A DNA stretch of 64,000 bases from Oscillospiraceae bacterium (GTDB taxonomy: Bacteria > Bacillota > Clostridia > Oscillospirales > UBA929). Made by a program: the position numbers and the translations under genes. The stretch lies in NCBI GenBank assembly GCA_031549605.1, contig JAVBPM010000005.1, positions 2,315 through 66,314 on the forward strand. Reading direction: 5' to 3'. Positions 44,222-53,980 of the stretch are shown here, one piece after another. The notes beneath the pieces were generated by a model that worked only from the letters and a program-made list of their open reading frames with translations, made no database searches and was not told the DNA's origin. The stretch's first letter is position 1. Each line of letters begins with the position of its first letter.

Positions 44222-44530
44222 CTATACTTTGATGCCGATAGCTTCACGGATATAATGGGTGATCGAATCGGCGCTGCGCCCGGTGCCAAACCGGTGCGGA
44301 ATTTCCACAACCAGCGTGTGGTTGGTCTTGAGCTTGAGCTCGTAAATCAGCTCGGGGCACAGCTGCGCCAGTCCCTCGGTAATGAGCAAAATGCCGATGG
44401 AGGGATCTTTAATCACGTTGTCGATGGCCTCCTGCACCTCAGCCTTTTCGGTGAGGTACGCGCCCTCAATACCGGCCAGCCGGAACCCGTTGATGGTGTC
44501 GTAGCTGTCGGCGATGCAATAGTAGCGCAT
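44222..44530 (-). CDS. ntpF: V/A-type ATP synthase subunit F
   Basis: 102 aa. GFRLAGIEG...IGILLITE pattern. Confidence 0.8.
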   Translation of the reverse strand: MRYYCIADSYDTINGFRLAGIEGAYLTEKAEVQEAIDNVIKDPSIGILLITEGLAQLCPELIYELKLKTNHTLVVEIPHRFGTGRSADSITHYIREAIGIKV

Positions 44531-44535
44531 GGCGT

Positions 44536-44943
44536 TTAGCCCAGAATCATAAAGGCGATGATCAGACCCCAGAGTGAAATACCTTCGGCCAGTGCGACCA
44601 TAATCAAGCTCTTACCGAAAACTGTCTCATTCTCACTGATGGCGCCCAGCGCGGCAGCAGCGGCCGACGACACGGCGATGCCGCCACCGATGCCCGACAG
44701 ACCAACCGAAAGCGCGGCGGCGATATACTTGAGGCCCGATTCGGCCGTTGCGGCAGCGGCCTGAGTGCCCTCGGCACTACCGGTCAGCATGAGGCCGAGG
44801 CCGGCGACGCCGACGACAAAAAAGCAGGCGATTTGCGCGATCAGCGGGCTTTTGACCGATTTGCCGCTCTTGCGGCGCAAATAGACGTAGAGCAGTGGGG
44901 CCACGATGATGGCGGTCATAACGATAGGATAGAGGTATTTCAT
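44536..44943 (-). CDS. ntpK: V/A-type ATP synthase proteolipid subunit K (c)
   Basis: Gly/Ala-rich helical hairpins with the essential Glu in LAEGISLWGLI. ATG 44943 behind AAAGGA. Confidence 0.85.
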   Translation of the reverse strand: MKYLYPIVMTAIIVAPLLYVYLRRKSGKSVKSPLIAQIACFFVVGVAGLGLMLTGSAEGTQAAAATAESGLKYIAAALSVGLSGIGGGIAVSSAAAAALGAISENETVFGKSLIMVALAEGISLWGLIIAFMILG

Positions 44944-45011
44944 TTGAAACAGTCCTTTCAAAAGTGTGAGTCTTTTTTTATGATACAGGCAGTTGCCGAA
45001 CGATAGGGGAG

Positions 45012-46943
45012 CTATTCTTTGCGGGACTTATAATCGATAAAGACAGGCTTATAGGGCTTGCCCCCGCCGGAATAAAAGCGGCTAAAGAACTCGTAGAATT
45101 CCAGACGCAAAACCTGGATGCCAACCAGCAGACCCTCCAGACACATGACGATGAGGTTGCCAATGATAATAATGACCAGATTTTTACTCTCACCGGCCAT
45201 AGAGAAGATAGCGCCCATTAGGCTGGCGTGGCTGATGGCGTAAGCACCGACACGCAAAAAGGACAACGAGTTGGTGATGTACGACAGAATAATTTCCAGC
45301 ATCTCAAACAGGTTTTCAACAATAAACCCGCCCACGGGGTGCTTTTGCTCCTGCTTAGTCCGCTGTACCCAGCGTGCCAAAGGCTCACGCAGAAAAATGA
45401 CAACAAGTGGCACTGCTATGATGGCAAAGAATGCGCCGGCCGACAGCAGCGGCTCGCCAAAGCCGACAATGGGCAAGAAGAAAGCCATCAGCGCCAGATA
45501 GAATATCAGGCCGGCCAATCCGTTATGGCCGAACAATAACTTGACCAATGATTTCTGCCGTATGCCGTTCCACATGTTGACGATAATGCAAACACTGAGC
45601 AACGCCACACCCATATACAGTCCCGCGCGCAATACCGTGTTTGATTGGTGCAGCACGCTGAGGTGCAGCGGGTCAGGCAGCAGATGGTCAAACTCAAAGC
45701 CAAAAATGCTTCCATAAAAGAGGCCGAAGCACACGGCGCTAAGCCCGGCATAGGACACTATCTTTCCCAGCCACATTTTTTTCAGCTTCCACAGCAGCCA
45801 CCCGCCAAGCGCCAGCACGGCGCCCTGACCGGCGTCGCCAAACATCATGCCAAAGATAAAGGTATAGGTCAGGCACATCAGCGCTGTGGGGTCGGTCTCG
45901 TTGTACTCGGGCAACCCGTACATTTCGACAAAGGGCTCAAAGGGCCGCACCAACCGGGTGTTTTTCAGCTTAATGGGTGGCGTATAATCGCGTATCTTCT
46001 CGGCGCTGTCGCTGACAACGACGAGATTGGCGTGGGGATAGGTTTCCAACTGCTGCACAAATGCGTCGTGCTGTGCGGCGGGCACCCAGCCCAGCATATA
46101 GAAGCTTTCCTCGGTGTGCGCGGCGTAGCCACGCAGGTTGTAGGAGTCGTTCATGTAGCGCACATAGGAGTAATAGGGCAGGAACTGTTGCTCTATTTCG
46201 ACGCGCAACGCGTCAAGCTCGCCGGCGATGGCCGTGATGCGGGCGCTGCTCTGCTCGTTTTCCCGATGCAGCCGCTCGGCCGCCTCGCTACTGGTGCCGT
46301 AGGCGTGGTCGCTGATGCGGATGCGCTCAAATTGCAGCGACAGGAACAGCGCGTCGATACGTTCCTGCATCTGCCCGGGTGTCAGGTACATGCCGTAGAC
46401 ATAGTCTTTCTCCATGCTGGTGGCAAAGAAATAGACATCCTTGCGCTCCAGCAGGTGAGGGAGGAAGTCATTGTAAATATCGCGTGGCATGCGGCCGAAA
46501 CGGAACTTGACAAAACGGACCGAGAAGAAGTCCTGTAGGTTGACGTTGATGTCACCCAAATGTGTCAGCTGAATGGCGACTTGCTCGTTTTCAATGATGC
46601 TGCGTTTAAGTGACTCGCGCTCGTCCAACAGCTGCGTGAAGCGCTGCTGCGACTGCTCGAAGAACTGCGCCAGCTCAGTTGAGTCTAGTTTTACGTCCTC
46701 AAAGTCGCGGTAGCCCAGCTTGATGCCACCGACCTCCGACAACTGCTCGGCCTTGCGCAGCAGCTCGGTAAAGGGATTGCTTTGGTCAAAGGCATGCAGG
46801 AACTTGACCTTGCGCATGACCTGTGCCGCCGATTCGGGATGAAAATCACGATTGATAATACAGCCGCGAACGACATTGTCAAACTCCTGCAACGGGCCGA
46901 CAATCGTCACCAGTTTCATGGGCGTTACGGCCATGATTTTCAC
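45012..46943 (-). CDS. ntpI: V/A-type ATP synthase subunit I (a)
   Basis: 643 aa. Soluble N-terminal half plus a polytopic C-terminal half containing SFLRVGAYAISHA (essential Arg region). Confidence 0.9.
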   Translation of the reverse strand: MKIMAVTPMKLVTIVGPLQEFDNVVRGCIINRDFHPESAAQVMRKVKFLHAFDQSNPFTELLRKAEQLSEVGGIKLGYRDFEDVKLDSTELAQFFEQSQQRFTQLLDERESLKRSIIENEQVAIQLTHLGDINVNLQDFFSVRFVKFRFGRMPRDIYNDFLPHLLERKDVYFFATSMEKDYVYGMYLTPGQMQERIDALFLSLQFERIRISDHAYGTSSEAAERLHRENEQSSARITAIAGELDALRVEIEQQFLPYYSYVRYMNDSYNLRGYAAHTEESFYMLGWVPAAQHDAFVQQLETYPHANLVVVSDSAEKIRDYTPPIKLKNTRLVRPFEPFVEMYGLPEYNETDPTALMCLTYTFIFGMMFGDAGQGAVLALGGWLLWKLKKMWLGKIVSYAGLSAVCFGLFYGSIFGFEFDHLLPDPLHLSVLHQSNTVLRAGLYMGVALLSVCIIVNMWNGIRQKSLVKLLFGHNGLAGLIFYLALMAFFLPIVGFGEPLLSAGAFFAIIAVPLVVIFLREPLARWVQRTKQEQKHPVGGFIVENLFEMLEIILSYITNSLSFLRVGAYAISHASLMGAIFSMAGESKNLVIIIIGNLIVMCLEGLLVGIQVLRLEFYEFFSRFYSGGGKPYKPVFIDYKSRKE

Positions 46944-46992
46944 CTCCCTTGTCTTTATAATAAGGAAACGAGGGGCGCATCCTGTCTTTGGC

Positions 46993-48039
46993 TCAGAACA
47001 GCAGCAGGTTTACGTTGGCTTGGTGCGGCGCTACGCCATAATAGACACATTCAATGACGTTGATGAGGTTCTTGACCTCAATTTGCTTGAGCAGCAGGTA
47101 GGATATGGCGCTGAGGATAGACGGCACGCCCGAGGATATCTGATGGTGATGAAATTCATACATCAGCCGGTAATAATACTCTTCGATATGACTAAACGTA
47201 TTGTTGGTAAACAGCTTGGCGTAGGGCGAGCTCCTGAGCTGCTCATCCACGGCCTGGTCATCCTTGGCCTCAAGCAGCGTCTTGAAAAAGGCCGGCTTAA
47301 GGTTGAAGTAGATGGGCAGCAGGTAGCCGTTGACGTTGTCGGCCATGCCGCCAAAGTACTTGCGAACGCGCACGACGTGGATGAGGTTAATCATGTCTAT
47401 CTGCTGGCCAAACGACTTGATTAGCAGCTGGCGTATCTTGCCGCCGTAGGCTTTTTGCACGCTGTTGTACACGGTGCGATAATAATAGCTCTGCATGATG
47501 ATTTCGACCTGTGCGTAAGGTGGCAACGAGCCGTCATCGGGCGCGATGCGCTCCAGCGCGTCGCGGAAGTCGGCCTCGCGGACGGCGGACAACAGACCCT
47601 CGTAGGTGGTGGCCTCTGATAACTCCTGGTAGTATATGGCGCTTTCTCTACGCAAAAAGGGCGGCAGCGTGCAGTTGTACTCGTGGCTGCGGCCTTGCGC
47701 AGTCAGGCGCATAAAGGCCATGACCTCCTCCATTTCGGCGGCGATGACGGGGAAGTGCATGACCTCCTTGTCCTCACGCGACATGAAATGGAACAGCTTC
47801 ATGTAATTGTTGTACTCGGCACGGTGGATGGCGCCAATCAGCACGGCGCGGTTGGTGCCCTCGCTGTGAAACTCGCGCAGACCCTCGCTCCAGCCGGGCG
47901 CCTGCTTGAGATAGCTGGCGATCTCAGGGATGGATTTCATATCCATCAGCTTGGCGAAATCCTCTTTTTTCAGCCGTTTGCCGTACATGGCACGCACCTT
48001 GGTGGCCAGCGCGCCATATTTCATTTGTTGCCGAAGCAT
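46993..48039 (-). CDS. ntpC: V/A-type ATP synthase subunit C (d)
   Basis: 348 aa, all-helical. Lies upstream of subunit I. Confidence 0.75.
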   Translation of the reverse strand: MLRQQMKYGALATKVRAMYGKRLKKEDFAKLMDMKSIPEIASYLKQAPGWSEGLREFHSEGTNRAVLIGAIHRAEYNNYMKLFHFMSREDKEVMHFPVIAAEMEEVMAFMRLTAQGRSHEYNCTLPPFLRRESAIYYQELSEATTYEGLLSAVREADFRDALERIAPDDGSLPPYAQVEIIMQSYYYRTVYNSVQKAYGGKIRQLLIKSFGQQIDMINLIHVVRVRKYFGGMADNVNGYLLPIYFNLKPAFFKTLLEAKDDQAVDEQLRSSPYAKLFTNNTFSHIEEYYYRLMYEFHHHQISSGVPSILSAISYLLLKQIEVKNLINVIECVYYGVAPHQANVNLLLF

Positions 48040-48085
48040 ATGACCACTGCCTTTACCGGAATGTCAACCGTTGGTTGCGCCTTGC

Positions 48086-48418
48086 TTACTCACCCTCGAC
48101 GCTCGATTGCGTGACGTACGAAAACAGCGCTTCTGTCCAAGTTGACGCGTTTTCCTGATAACTGCGTTGTAGCTGCTCGCGGCTAGTGACCATCTGCTTT
48201 TCCAGCTGGGCCAGATTTTCCTCGGCTTCCTCTTGGTCCTGCTGGCGGACAAGCTCGACGCGCCGTTTGGCGCGCTCGACAAATTGGTCGTGCAGATTTT
48301 GCTTTTTTTCGGTTAGGCTGCTGGCAAGGTTTTGTTTTTGCGCCAATGCGTCATCGGCCACTTTCTGGGCGGCCTGCTCGGCCTCAATAATCTTGACAAT
48401 GACCTCAATGTGTTCCAT
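48086..48418 (-). CDS. small coiled-coil protein, probable V/A-type ATPase peripheral-stalk subunit (G/H-like)
   Basis: About 110 aa, Glu/Gln/Ala-rich helix. First gene of the ATPase operon. ATG 48418 behind GGAGGCGAG. Confidence 0.5.
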   Translation of the reverse strand: MEHIEVIVKIIEAEQAAQKVADDALAQKQNLASSLTEKKQNLHDQFVERAKRRVELVRQQDQEEAEENLAQLEKQMVTSREQLQRSYQENASTWTEALFSYVTQSSVEGE

Positions 48419-48710
48419 GCACTCGCCTCCGTTCAAACGCTTCTCATAGAATAGCAGAGCTGCCGACAAAATTCTATAGGAAAATCGAAAATAGTAGCCA
48501 ATTCAAAGCGGCGGCGCCCCACCCCTTTTGGCAATATTGCCAGTTGATGGTGCGCGACGAGGCACAGCACTTCCGATTCCAGTAAAATCTGCCTATTAAT
48601 TTTAAGAAGGGCGGTCGCCCGCCGGCCGAACACAGGCTCACGCGACGGTGCATTCGGCGTAATTGATTTATAGTATAGTCCCTTTTGCCGAAAAAAGCAA
48701 ATCCTTTACC

Positions 48711-48739
48711 TTGTCAGTCGGCACCCCATATGCTATGAT
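48711..48739 (+). promoter_or_regulatory. sigma-70-type promoter of the ABC exporter pair
   Basis: TTGTCA, 17-nt spacer, TATGAT, about 20 nt upstream of ATG 48759. Confidence 0.5.
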
Positions 48740-48758
48740 AGCCGCAAGGGGTGACAAT

Positions 48759-49496
48759 ATGCTTGTTTTACACGGCTTGACCAAGAAATTCGGCGACTTT
48801 ACCGCCGTTGATAACCTGTCGCTTGAAATCAACGACGGCGAGGTCTTTGGCCTACTGGGTGCCAACGGCGCGGGCAAAACCACGACGCTGCGCATGCTGG
48901 CCACCATGCTGGCGCCGACATCGGGTCGCGCTACGGTCGAGGGCTTTGACGTGGTTGACCAGCCGGCGACCGTGCGCAAGAGCGTCGGCCTGCTGTTTGG
49001 TGGCGACACCGGCCTGTACGACCGCCTGTCGGCGCGCGAAAACATTGAGTATTTCGCCCAGCTCAACGATATGCCCGCCGAGGAAGCGTCGCAACGCGTT
49101 GAGCAACTGGCGCAGCTCTTTTCTTTTACCGAATTTCTCGACAAATGGACGGGTAAACTGTCCAAGGGCACGCGCCAGAAGGTGGCCTTTGCCCGCGCGA
49201 TTATCAACAATCCCAAGGTTATGCTCTTTGACGAGCCGACGACGGGCTTGGACATCACCAGCCGGCAGAACGTCGAGGAGTTTATCGACGCTTGCCGGCG
49301 CAATGGCAGCACCATTATTCTATCCGACCACAACCTCGACAGCATTGAGCGCGTCTGCGACCGCATTGGCATTCTTGACCACGGCCGGTTGATTGGCGTC
49401 GGCACGGTTGAGGAGCTGTGCCGCAGCCACGGCTGCGCTTCACTCAAGGATGTCTTTTTCAAGCTGGCAACGCCGGAGAGCGGAGGTGTGGCATGA
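48759..49496 (+). CDS. ABC transporter ATP-binding protein (ABC-2/NatA-like)
   Basis: Walker A GANGAGKTT, signature LSKGTRQK, Walker B MLFDEPTTGLD. Confidence 0.9.
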   Translation: MLVLHGLTKKFGDFTAVDNLSLEINDGEVFGLLGANGAGKTTTLRMLATMLAPTSGRATVEGFDVVDQPATVRKSVGLLFGGDTGLYDRLSARENIEYFAQLNDMPAEEASQRVEQLAQLFSFTEFLDKWTGKLSKGTRQKVAFARAIINNPKVMLFDEPTTGLDITSRQNVEEFIDACRRNGSTIILSDHNLDSIERVCDRIGILDHGRLIGVGTVEELCRSHGCASLKDVFFKLATPESGGVA

Positions 49497-50740
49497 AAAA
49501 GAACCGTTACACGCGCATTGTATTGCGCAAGGAGCTCAAGGACGCTTTCCGCGACAGGCGGACGATTCTGACCGGCATGTTGATGCCGCTCGTGCTTTAT
49601 CCGCTCATCTTTTGGCTGATGGGCAGCAGCGCGCTGGGCGCGCAAAAGGAAGCGGTTACCAACACCACCATCGCGCTGATTGACGCCGCACAGCAGCAGC
49701 CGGTACAGGAGTTTCTGACCCGTGAGGTGTTTGAAGGCAACCACGGCATTAAGTTCGCGCAGCATGACGACGCCAAGCAGGCGTTGGCCGACGGCGATGT
49801 CAAGCTGGTGCTGAGCATGACTGAGGAGGCGGCCACGGCGCTGCTTTCCGGCCAACAGGCCGACATCGCGCTGCTGTACAACGACACCAAGGCGGCCTCG
49901 TCGGCCAGCCTACAGGTGGTTACCGTCGCCATCAACAACTACAACAACCGCATTGTTTCCGACAAGCTTAAGCAGCAGTTTAACACCAGTCTCGGCGCGC
50001 TGCAGCCTATTCACATGGGCACGCCACAGATTTACAACGAGACCATTGCCAATGGCGGCGAGAGCAGTGGCGGCAACGTGTTTCTGTCGATGATGATTCC
50101 GCTGCTGCTGCTGATTATGCTGTCGGTGGGCAGCATGGCGGCGGCCGTTGATATGTTTGCCGGCGAAAAAGAGCGGCGGACGCTTGAGCCGCTGCTGACC
50201 ACACACGCCGGACGCTCGTCTATCCTGTCGGGCAAGTTTCTGGCTGTCTCGCTGCTGGGACTGCTGACAACACTGCTGACGCTGCTGGGCATGGTCATTG
50301 GCTTTGCCATGACGCCCGAAATACTGGAACAGACGAGCGAGGCTGGCGCAACCTCATCCGGACTCAACATTCCGATACCGGCGGTGGCGCTGTGCGTGCT
50401 GTTGGTCGTGGTGGTGCAGCTCAGCTTCTCGGCCATTCACGTCATGCTGTCGGCCTACGCGCGCAACATCAAGGAGGCCTCAACCTATTCGACCTTCGTC
50501 ATGATGGCCGGCATGATTCCCGCCTACGCCACGATGTATTTGCAGTCGGGCGACGTGTCGACGTGGATGATGTTTGTGCCGGTTCTCAATGTGGCCGGTG
50601 CGCTCAAAATGTTACTGGGCGGCCTGCTTGACTATGGTCTGGTGGCTATATCGTTGGCCATTTCACTGGCATTTCTCGCCGTGCTGCTGCGTTTCACGGC
50701 GCGCATGTTCCACAAAGAGTCGATTATGTTGCGCAGCTAA
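49493..50740 (+). CDS. ABC-2 family permease (NatB-like) with a large extracytoplasmic loop
   Basis: ATGA overlap with the ATPase gene. One TM, a loop of about 150 aa, then 5 TM helices. Confidence 0.8.
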   Translation: MKKNRYTRIVLRKELKDAFRDRRTILTGMLMPLVLYPLIFWLMGSSALGAQKEAVTNTTIALIDAAQQQPVQEFLTREVFEGNHGIKFAQHDDAKQALADGDVKLVLSMTEEAATALLSGQQADIALLYNDTKAASSASLQVVTVAINNYNNRIVSDKLKQQFNTSLGALQPIHMGTPQIYNETIANGGESSGGNVFLSMMIPLLLLIMLSVGSMAAAVDMFAGEKERRTLEPLLTTHAGRSSILSGKFLAVSLLGLLTTLLTLLGMVIGFAMTPEILEQTSEAGATSSGLNIPIPAVALCVLLVVVVQLSFSAIHVMLSAYARNIKEASTYSTFVMMAGMIPAYATMYLQSGDVSTWMMFVPVLNVAGALKMLLGGLLDYGLVAISLAISLAFLAVLLRFTARMFHKESIMLRS

Positions 50741-50744
50741 ACCG

Positions 50745-50902
50745 GCAACGCCTGATTGTTGAAAGGAGTGAACGTAGTGGATCCGTATCCTAGTCGAAAA
50801 CCCACCGGGACTCCTGTGGCTACCACTGCGTTTGCGTCAACACTTTGATGCAGTGTGGCTGTGCGGCGTCCCTCCCAATTGAACGAAAGAGGGGTGTGCC
50901 GT
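50745..50902 (+). promoter_or_regulatory. structured mgtE 5' leader; possible Mg2+-responsive (M-box-like) riboswitch with an SD-sequestering hairpin
   Basis: About 155 nt with no ORF before mgtE. CCCTCC...GAGGGG pairing can occlude the RBS. Only loose resemblance to M-box core strings (…GGGACTCCTGTGG…, …GCGTCAACAC…). Confidence 0.25.
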
Positions 50903-52249
50903 ATGGACGCACAATGGCTGGAGTTGCTGCAAGGCAACCGGCTTACCGCACTGAAAAAGGAGCTTTCCGGCGCGAATGCCGTCGATTTGGCCGAGTTTTT
51001 GGAGACGCTGGACAACGACAAGCTGCTGCTGGTGTTCCGCATCCTGCCCAAGGATGTGTCGGCCGAGGTCTTTGCCTACATGACGCCGTCGCAGCAGCAG
51101 ATTATCGTCGAAGGCATCAGCAACCGCGAGGTGCGCGCGCTGGTCGATGACTTGTTCCTCGACGATACCGTCGACTTTTTAGAGGAGGTGCCGGCCAGCG
51201 TCGTGAAAAAGGTGCTGTCCAACACCGATGAAAACACGCGCAAGCTGATTAACCAGTTTCTCGCCTACCCCGACGACAGTGCCGGCGGGCTGATGACCAT
51301 TGAATACGTCGACCTCAAGGACACCTACACGGTAGGACGCGCGCTGGACGACATTCGCAAGACGGGTCTGGAAAAAGAGACGGTCAACACCTGCTACGTC
51401 ACCGACGCCTCGCGGCGGCTGACCGGCACCGTTTCGTTGCGGCGGCTGATTCTTTGCCAGCCGGAGCAGGCGATTCGCGATATTATGAGCGAGAGCCACA
51501 TCCGTGTCAACACCCACGACGACCAGGAGACGGTCGCCGATATGTTCCGCAAGTACGATTTGACCGCCATGCCCGTCGTCGACGGCGAGGACCGGCTGGT
51601 CGGCATCATTACCGTTGACGATATCATCGACGTCATCGAGGAGGAAAACACCGAGGACTTCCACAAGATGGCGGCTATCGTGCCTTCAACCGACGAGTAT
51701 ATGAAGACCAGCGTGCTGACGCTGGCCAAAAACCGCATCTTGTGGCTGCTGGTGCTGATGATTAGCGCCTCGCTGACCAGCACTGTCATCAGCGGCTTTG
51801 AAAACGCCATGGAGAAAATCGCCGTGCTGACCACCTTTATCCCTGTACTGATGGGCAGCGGCGGCAACGCCGGCTCGCAGACGACGACGATGGTCATCCG
51901 CAGTATGGCGCTTGACGAAATTACACCCGCCGACGTCTGGCGCGTGCTGTGGAAGGAGCTGCGCGTGGCGCTGCTGACCGGCGGCATACTGGCGCTCGTT
52001 AACTTCGGCCGCGTGCTGCTGCTTAACATAGGTACAGCAGGCATGACTCCGACTGTGGCGCTGGTCATGAGCCTGAGTATGTACATCACGGTCATTCTGG
52101 CCAAGATGATTGGCACGCTGATGCCGATGGCGGCCAAGAAGCTGAAGCTTGACCCGGCGCTGCTGGCCAGCCCCATGATCAGCACCATTGTCGATACCAC
52201 CTCGCTGTTGGTCTACTTCTCGCTGGCTACCGTTATTTTAGGTCTGTAA
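50903..52249 (+). CDS. mgtE: magnesium transporter MgtE
   Basis: N-domain, tandem CBS (MTIEYV... / LTAMPVVD...) and a TM domain with GSGGNAGSQ. Confidence 0.95.
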   Translation: MDAQWLELLQGNRLTALKKELSGANAVDLAEFLETLDNDKLLLVFRILPKDVSAEVFAYMTPSQQQIIVEGISNREVRALVDDLFLDDTVDFLEEVPASVVKKVLSNTDENTRKLINQFLAYPDDSAGGLMTIEYVDLKDTYTVGRALDDIRKTGLEKETVNTCYVTDASRRLTGTVSLRRLILCQPEQAIRDIMSESHIRVNTHDDQETVADMFRKYDLTAMPVVDGEDRLVGIITVDDIIDVIEEENTEDFHKMAAIVPSTDEYMKTSVLTLAKNRILWLLVLMISASLTSTVISGFENAMEKIAVLTTFIPVLMGSGGNAGSQTTTMVIRSMALDEITPADVWRVLWKELRVALLTGGILALVNFGRVLLLNIGTAGMTPTVALVMSLSMYITVILAKMIGTLMPMAAKKLKLDPALLASPMISTIVDTTSLLVYFSLATVILGL

Positions 52250-52271
52250 GATTATAGTAGGAGGCCATTGT

Positions 52272-53960
52272 ATGAAATTTTCCGAGATCCCCTATCAGCG
52301 CCTGACCGTTGAGCAGGTCGCGCCTCAGGTCGAGCAACTCATTGCCGCACTAGATGCCGCAACCAACGGTTGCGAGGCCTGCGAGGTCTACGAGCGCTAT
52401 AATGCGCTGGTTGTGCAGGTTGAGTCGACGGTGGCGCTGGTGTACATCCGCAACCACCTCGACACCACTGACGCGCTGTACGCCGCCGAGCAGGACTATT
52501 ATGACGAGCAGATTCCACGCCTGACCGAGCTGCTGCACGGCTTTGCCACCAAGCTGATGCTAACGCCGCACCTCAAGGCGTTGGAGGACAAGTACGGCGA
52601 GCAGGCCTTCCGCCGGACGGCCATTGAGCTGCGCACCTTCTCGCCCGCTATTCTGGAGGATATGCAAGAGGAGAACCGGCTGGAGACGCAGTACACCAAG
52701 CTGCTGGCCAGCGCTCAGATTGACTTTGACGGCGGCGTTTACACACTGGCACAACTGGCCGCCTTCCACGTCCACGCCGACCGCGACGTGCGCAAGCGCT
52801 CGATGGAGACAAAGGCGGCGTGGTTTGAGAGCCACAAGGCGGAATTTGACGAGCTGTATGACAAGCTGGTGGCGCTGCGCACGCAGATGGGCCGCAAAAT
52901 GGGCTATGACAACTATCTGCCGCTGGGCTACGACCGCCGTGCCCGCGACTGCTACGGCCCCGCCGAGGTTGCCAAGTTCCGTGCCGCTGTGGTGGAGCAC
53001 ATTGTACCGGTGGCGCACCGTCTCAAGCGCGAGCAGGCGGCGCGTATTGGCGCTGACGCGCTGACGTTGTTCGACGACGGTTTTCTGTACAAGAGCGGCA
53101 ACGCCGCACCCATTGGCACGCCGGAGGAGATTTTTGCCAACGGCAAGAAGATGTACCACGAGCTGAGCGACGAAACCGGCCGCTTTATCGACGATATGCT
53201 GGATATGGACGCCTTTGACGTGCTGGCGCGTCAAAACAAGGCGGGCGGCGGCTTCTGCTATTCCATGTCGGCCTACAACCTGCCCTTTATCTTCGCCAAT
53301 TTCAACGGCACGTCCGACGACATTGAAACGCTGACACACGAGGCGGGTCACGCCTTTGCCGCCTGGGAGGCTTACAAATACCCAGCCGAGGCGCAGCGCA
53401 ACCCCACCTATGACGCCGCCGAGACACACTCGATGTCGATGGAGTTTTTGACCTGGCCGTGGATGGAGCTGTTCTACGGCGGTCAGACCGACAAGTTTAA
53501 GCAGTCGCATCTGGCGGGTGCGTTGACCTTCCTGCCGTATGGCGTCATGGTCGACCATTTTCAGCACATCGTGTATGAAAATCCGTCGCTGTCGCCGCAG
53601 CAGCGTTGCGACGAATGGAAGAAGCTGGAGGCCATTTACCGCCCGTGGCTTGACTACGATATGCCCTTCTACGGCGAGGGACGCCGCTGGATGGGGCAGG
53701 GTCACATCTACACCGACCCGCTTTACTACATTGACTACTGCTTTGCACAGGCCAATGCGCTGAGCGTGTGGGCGCTGGCGCAGCAGGATGCCGCCGACGC
53801 CTGGCGACGCTACTACGGCTTTGTCTCGCTGGCCGGCACCAAGAACTTTGTCGACCTCAACCACGCGGCGGGCCTGGGCGACCCCTTCAGCGCCGAGACG
53901 CTCAAGCGTGTGGCCACTGAGGCACTGGCGTGGCTGGACGAACAGCCCAAACTCGATTAA
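52272..53960 (+). CDS. pepF: M3B family oligoendopeptidase F
   Basis: 562 aa. Zinc motif HEAGHAF. Confidence 0.85.
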   Translation: MKFSEIPYQRLTVEQVAPQVEQLIAALDAATNGCEACEVYERYNALVVQVESTVALVYIRNHLDTTDALYAAEQDYYDEQIPRLTELLHGFATKLMLTPHLKALEDKYGEQAFRRTAIELRTFSPAILEDMQEENRLETQYTKLLASAQIDFDGGVYTLAQLAAFHVHADRDVRKRSMETKAAWFESHKAEFDELYDKLVALRTQMGRKMGYDNYLPLGYDRRARDCYGPAEVAKFRAAVVEHIVPVAHRLKREQAARIGADALTLFDDGFLYKSGNAAPIGTPEEIFANGKKMYHELSDETGRFIDDMLDMDAFDVLARQNKAGGGFCYSMSAYNLPFIFANFNGTSDDIETLTHEAGHAFAAWEAYKYPAEAQRNPTYDAAETHSMSMEFLTWPWMELFYGGQTDKFKQSHLAGALTFLPYGVMVDHFQHIVYENPSLSPQQRCDEWKKLEAIYRPWLDYDMPFYGEGRRWMGQGHIYTDPLYYIDYCFAQANALSVWALAQQDAADAWRRYYGFVSLAGTKNFVDLNHAAGLGDPFSAETLKRVATEALAWLDEQPKLD

Positions 53961-53980
53961 CAACTAAGGACGGACAAACC

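Noticed and set aside
48668-49855. 395-aa minus-strand ORF, and similar long antisense ORFs at 52560-53963 and 16614-17594
   Set aside because: Each is antisense to a gene with diagnostic motifs (ABC Walker and signature motifs, HEAGH of PepF, M20 motifs) and has an Arg/Gly/Ala/Gln-rich low-complexity translation.
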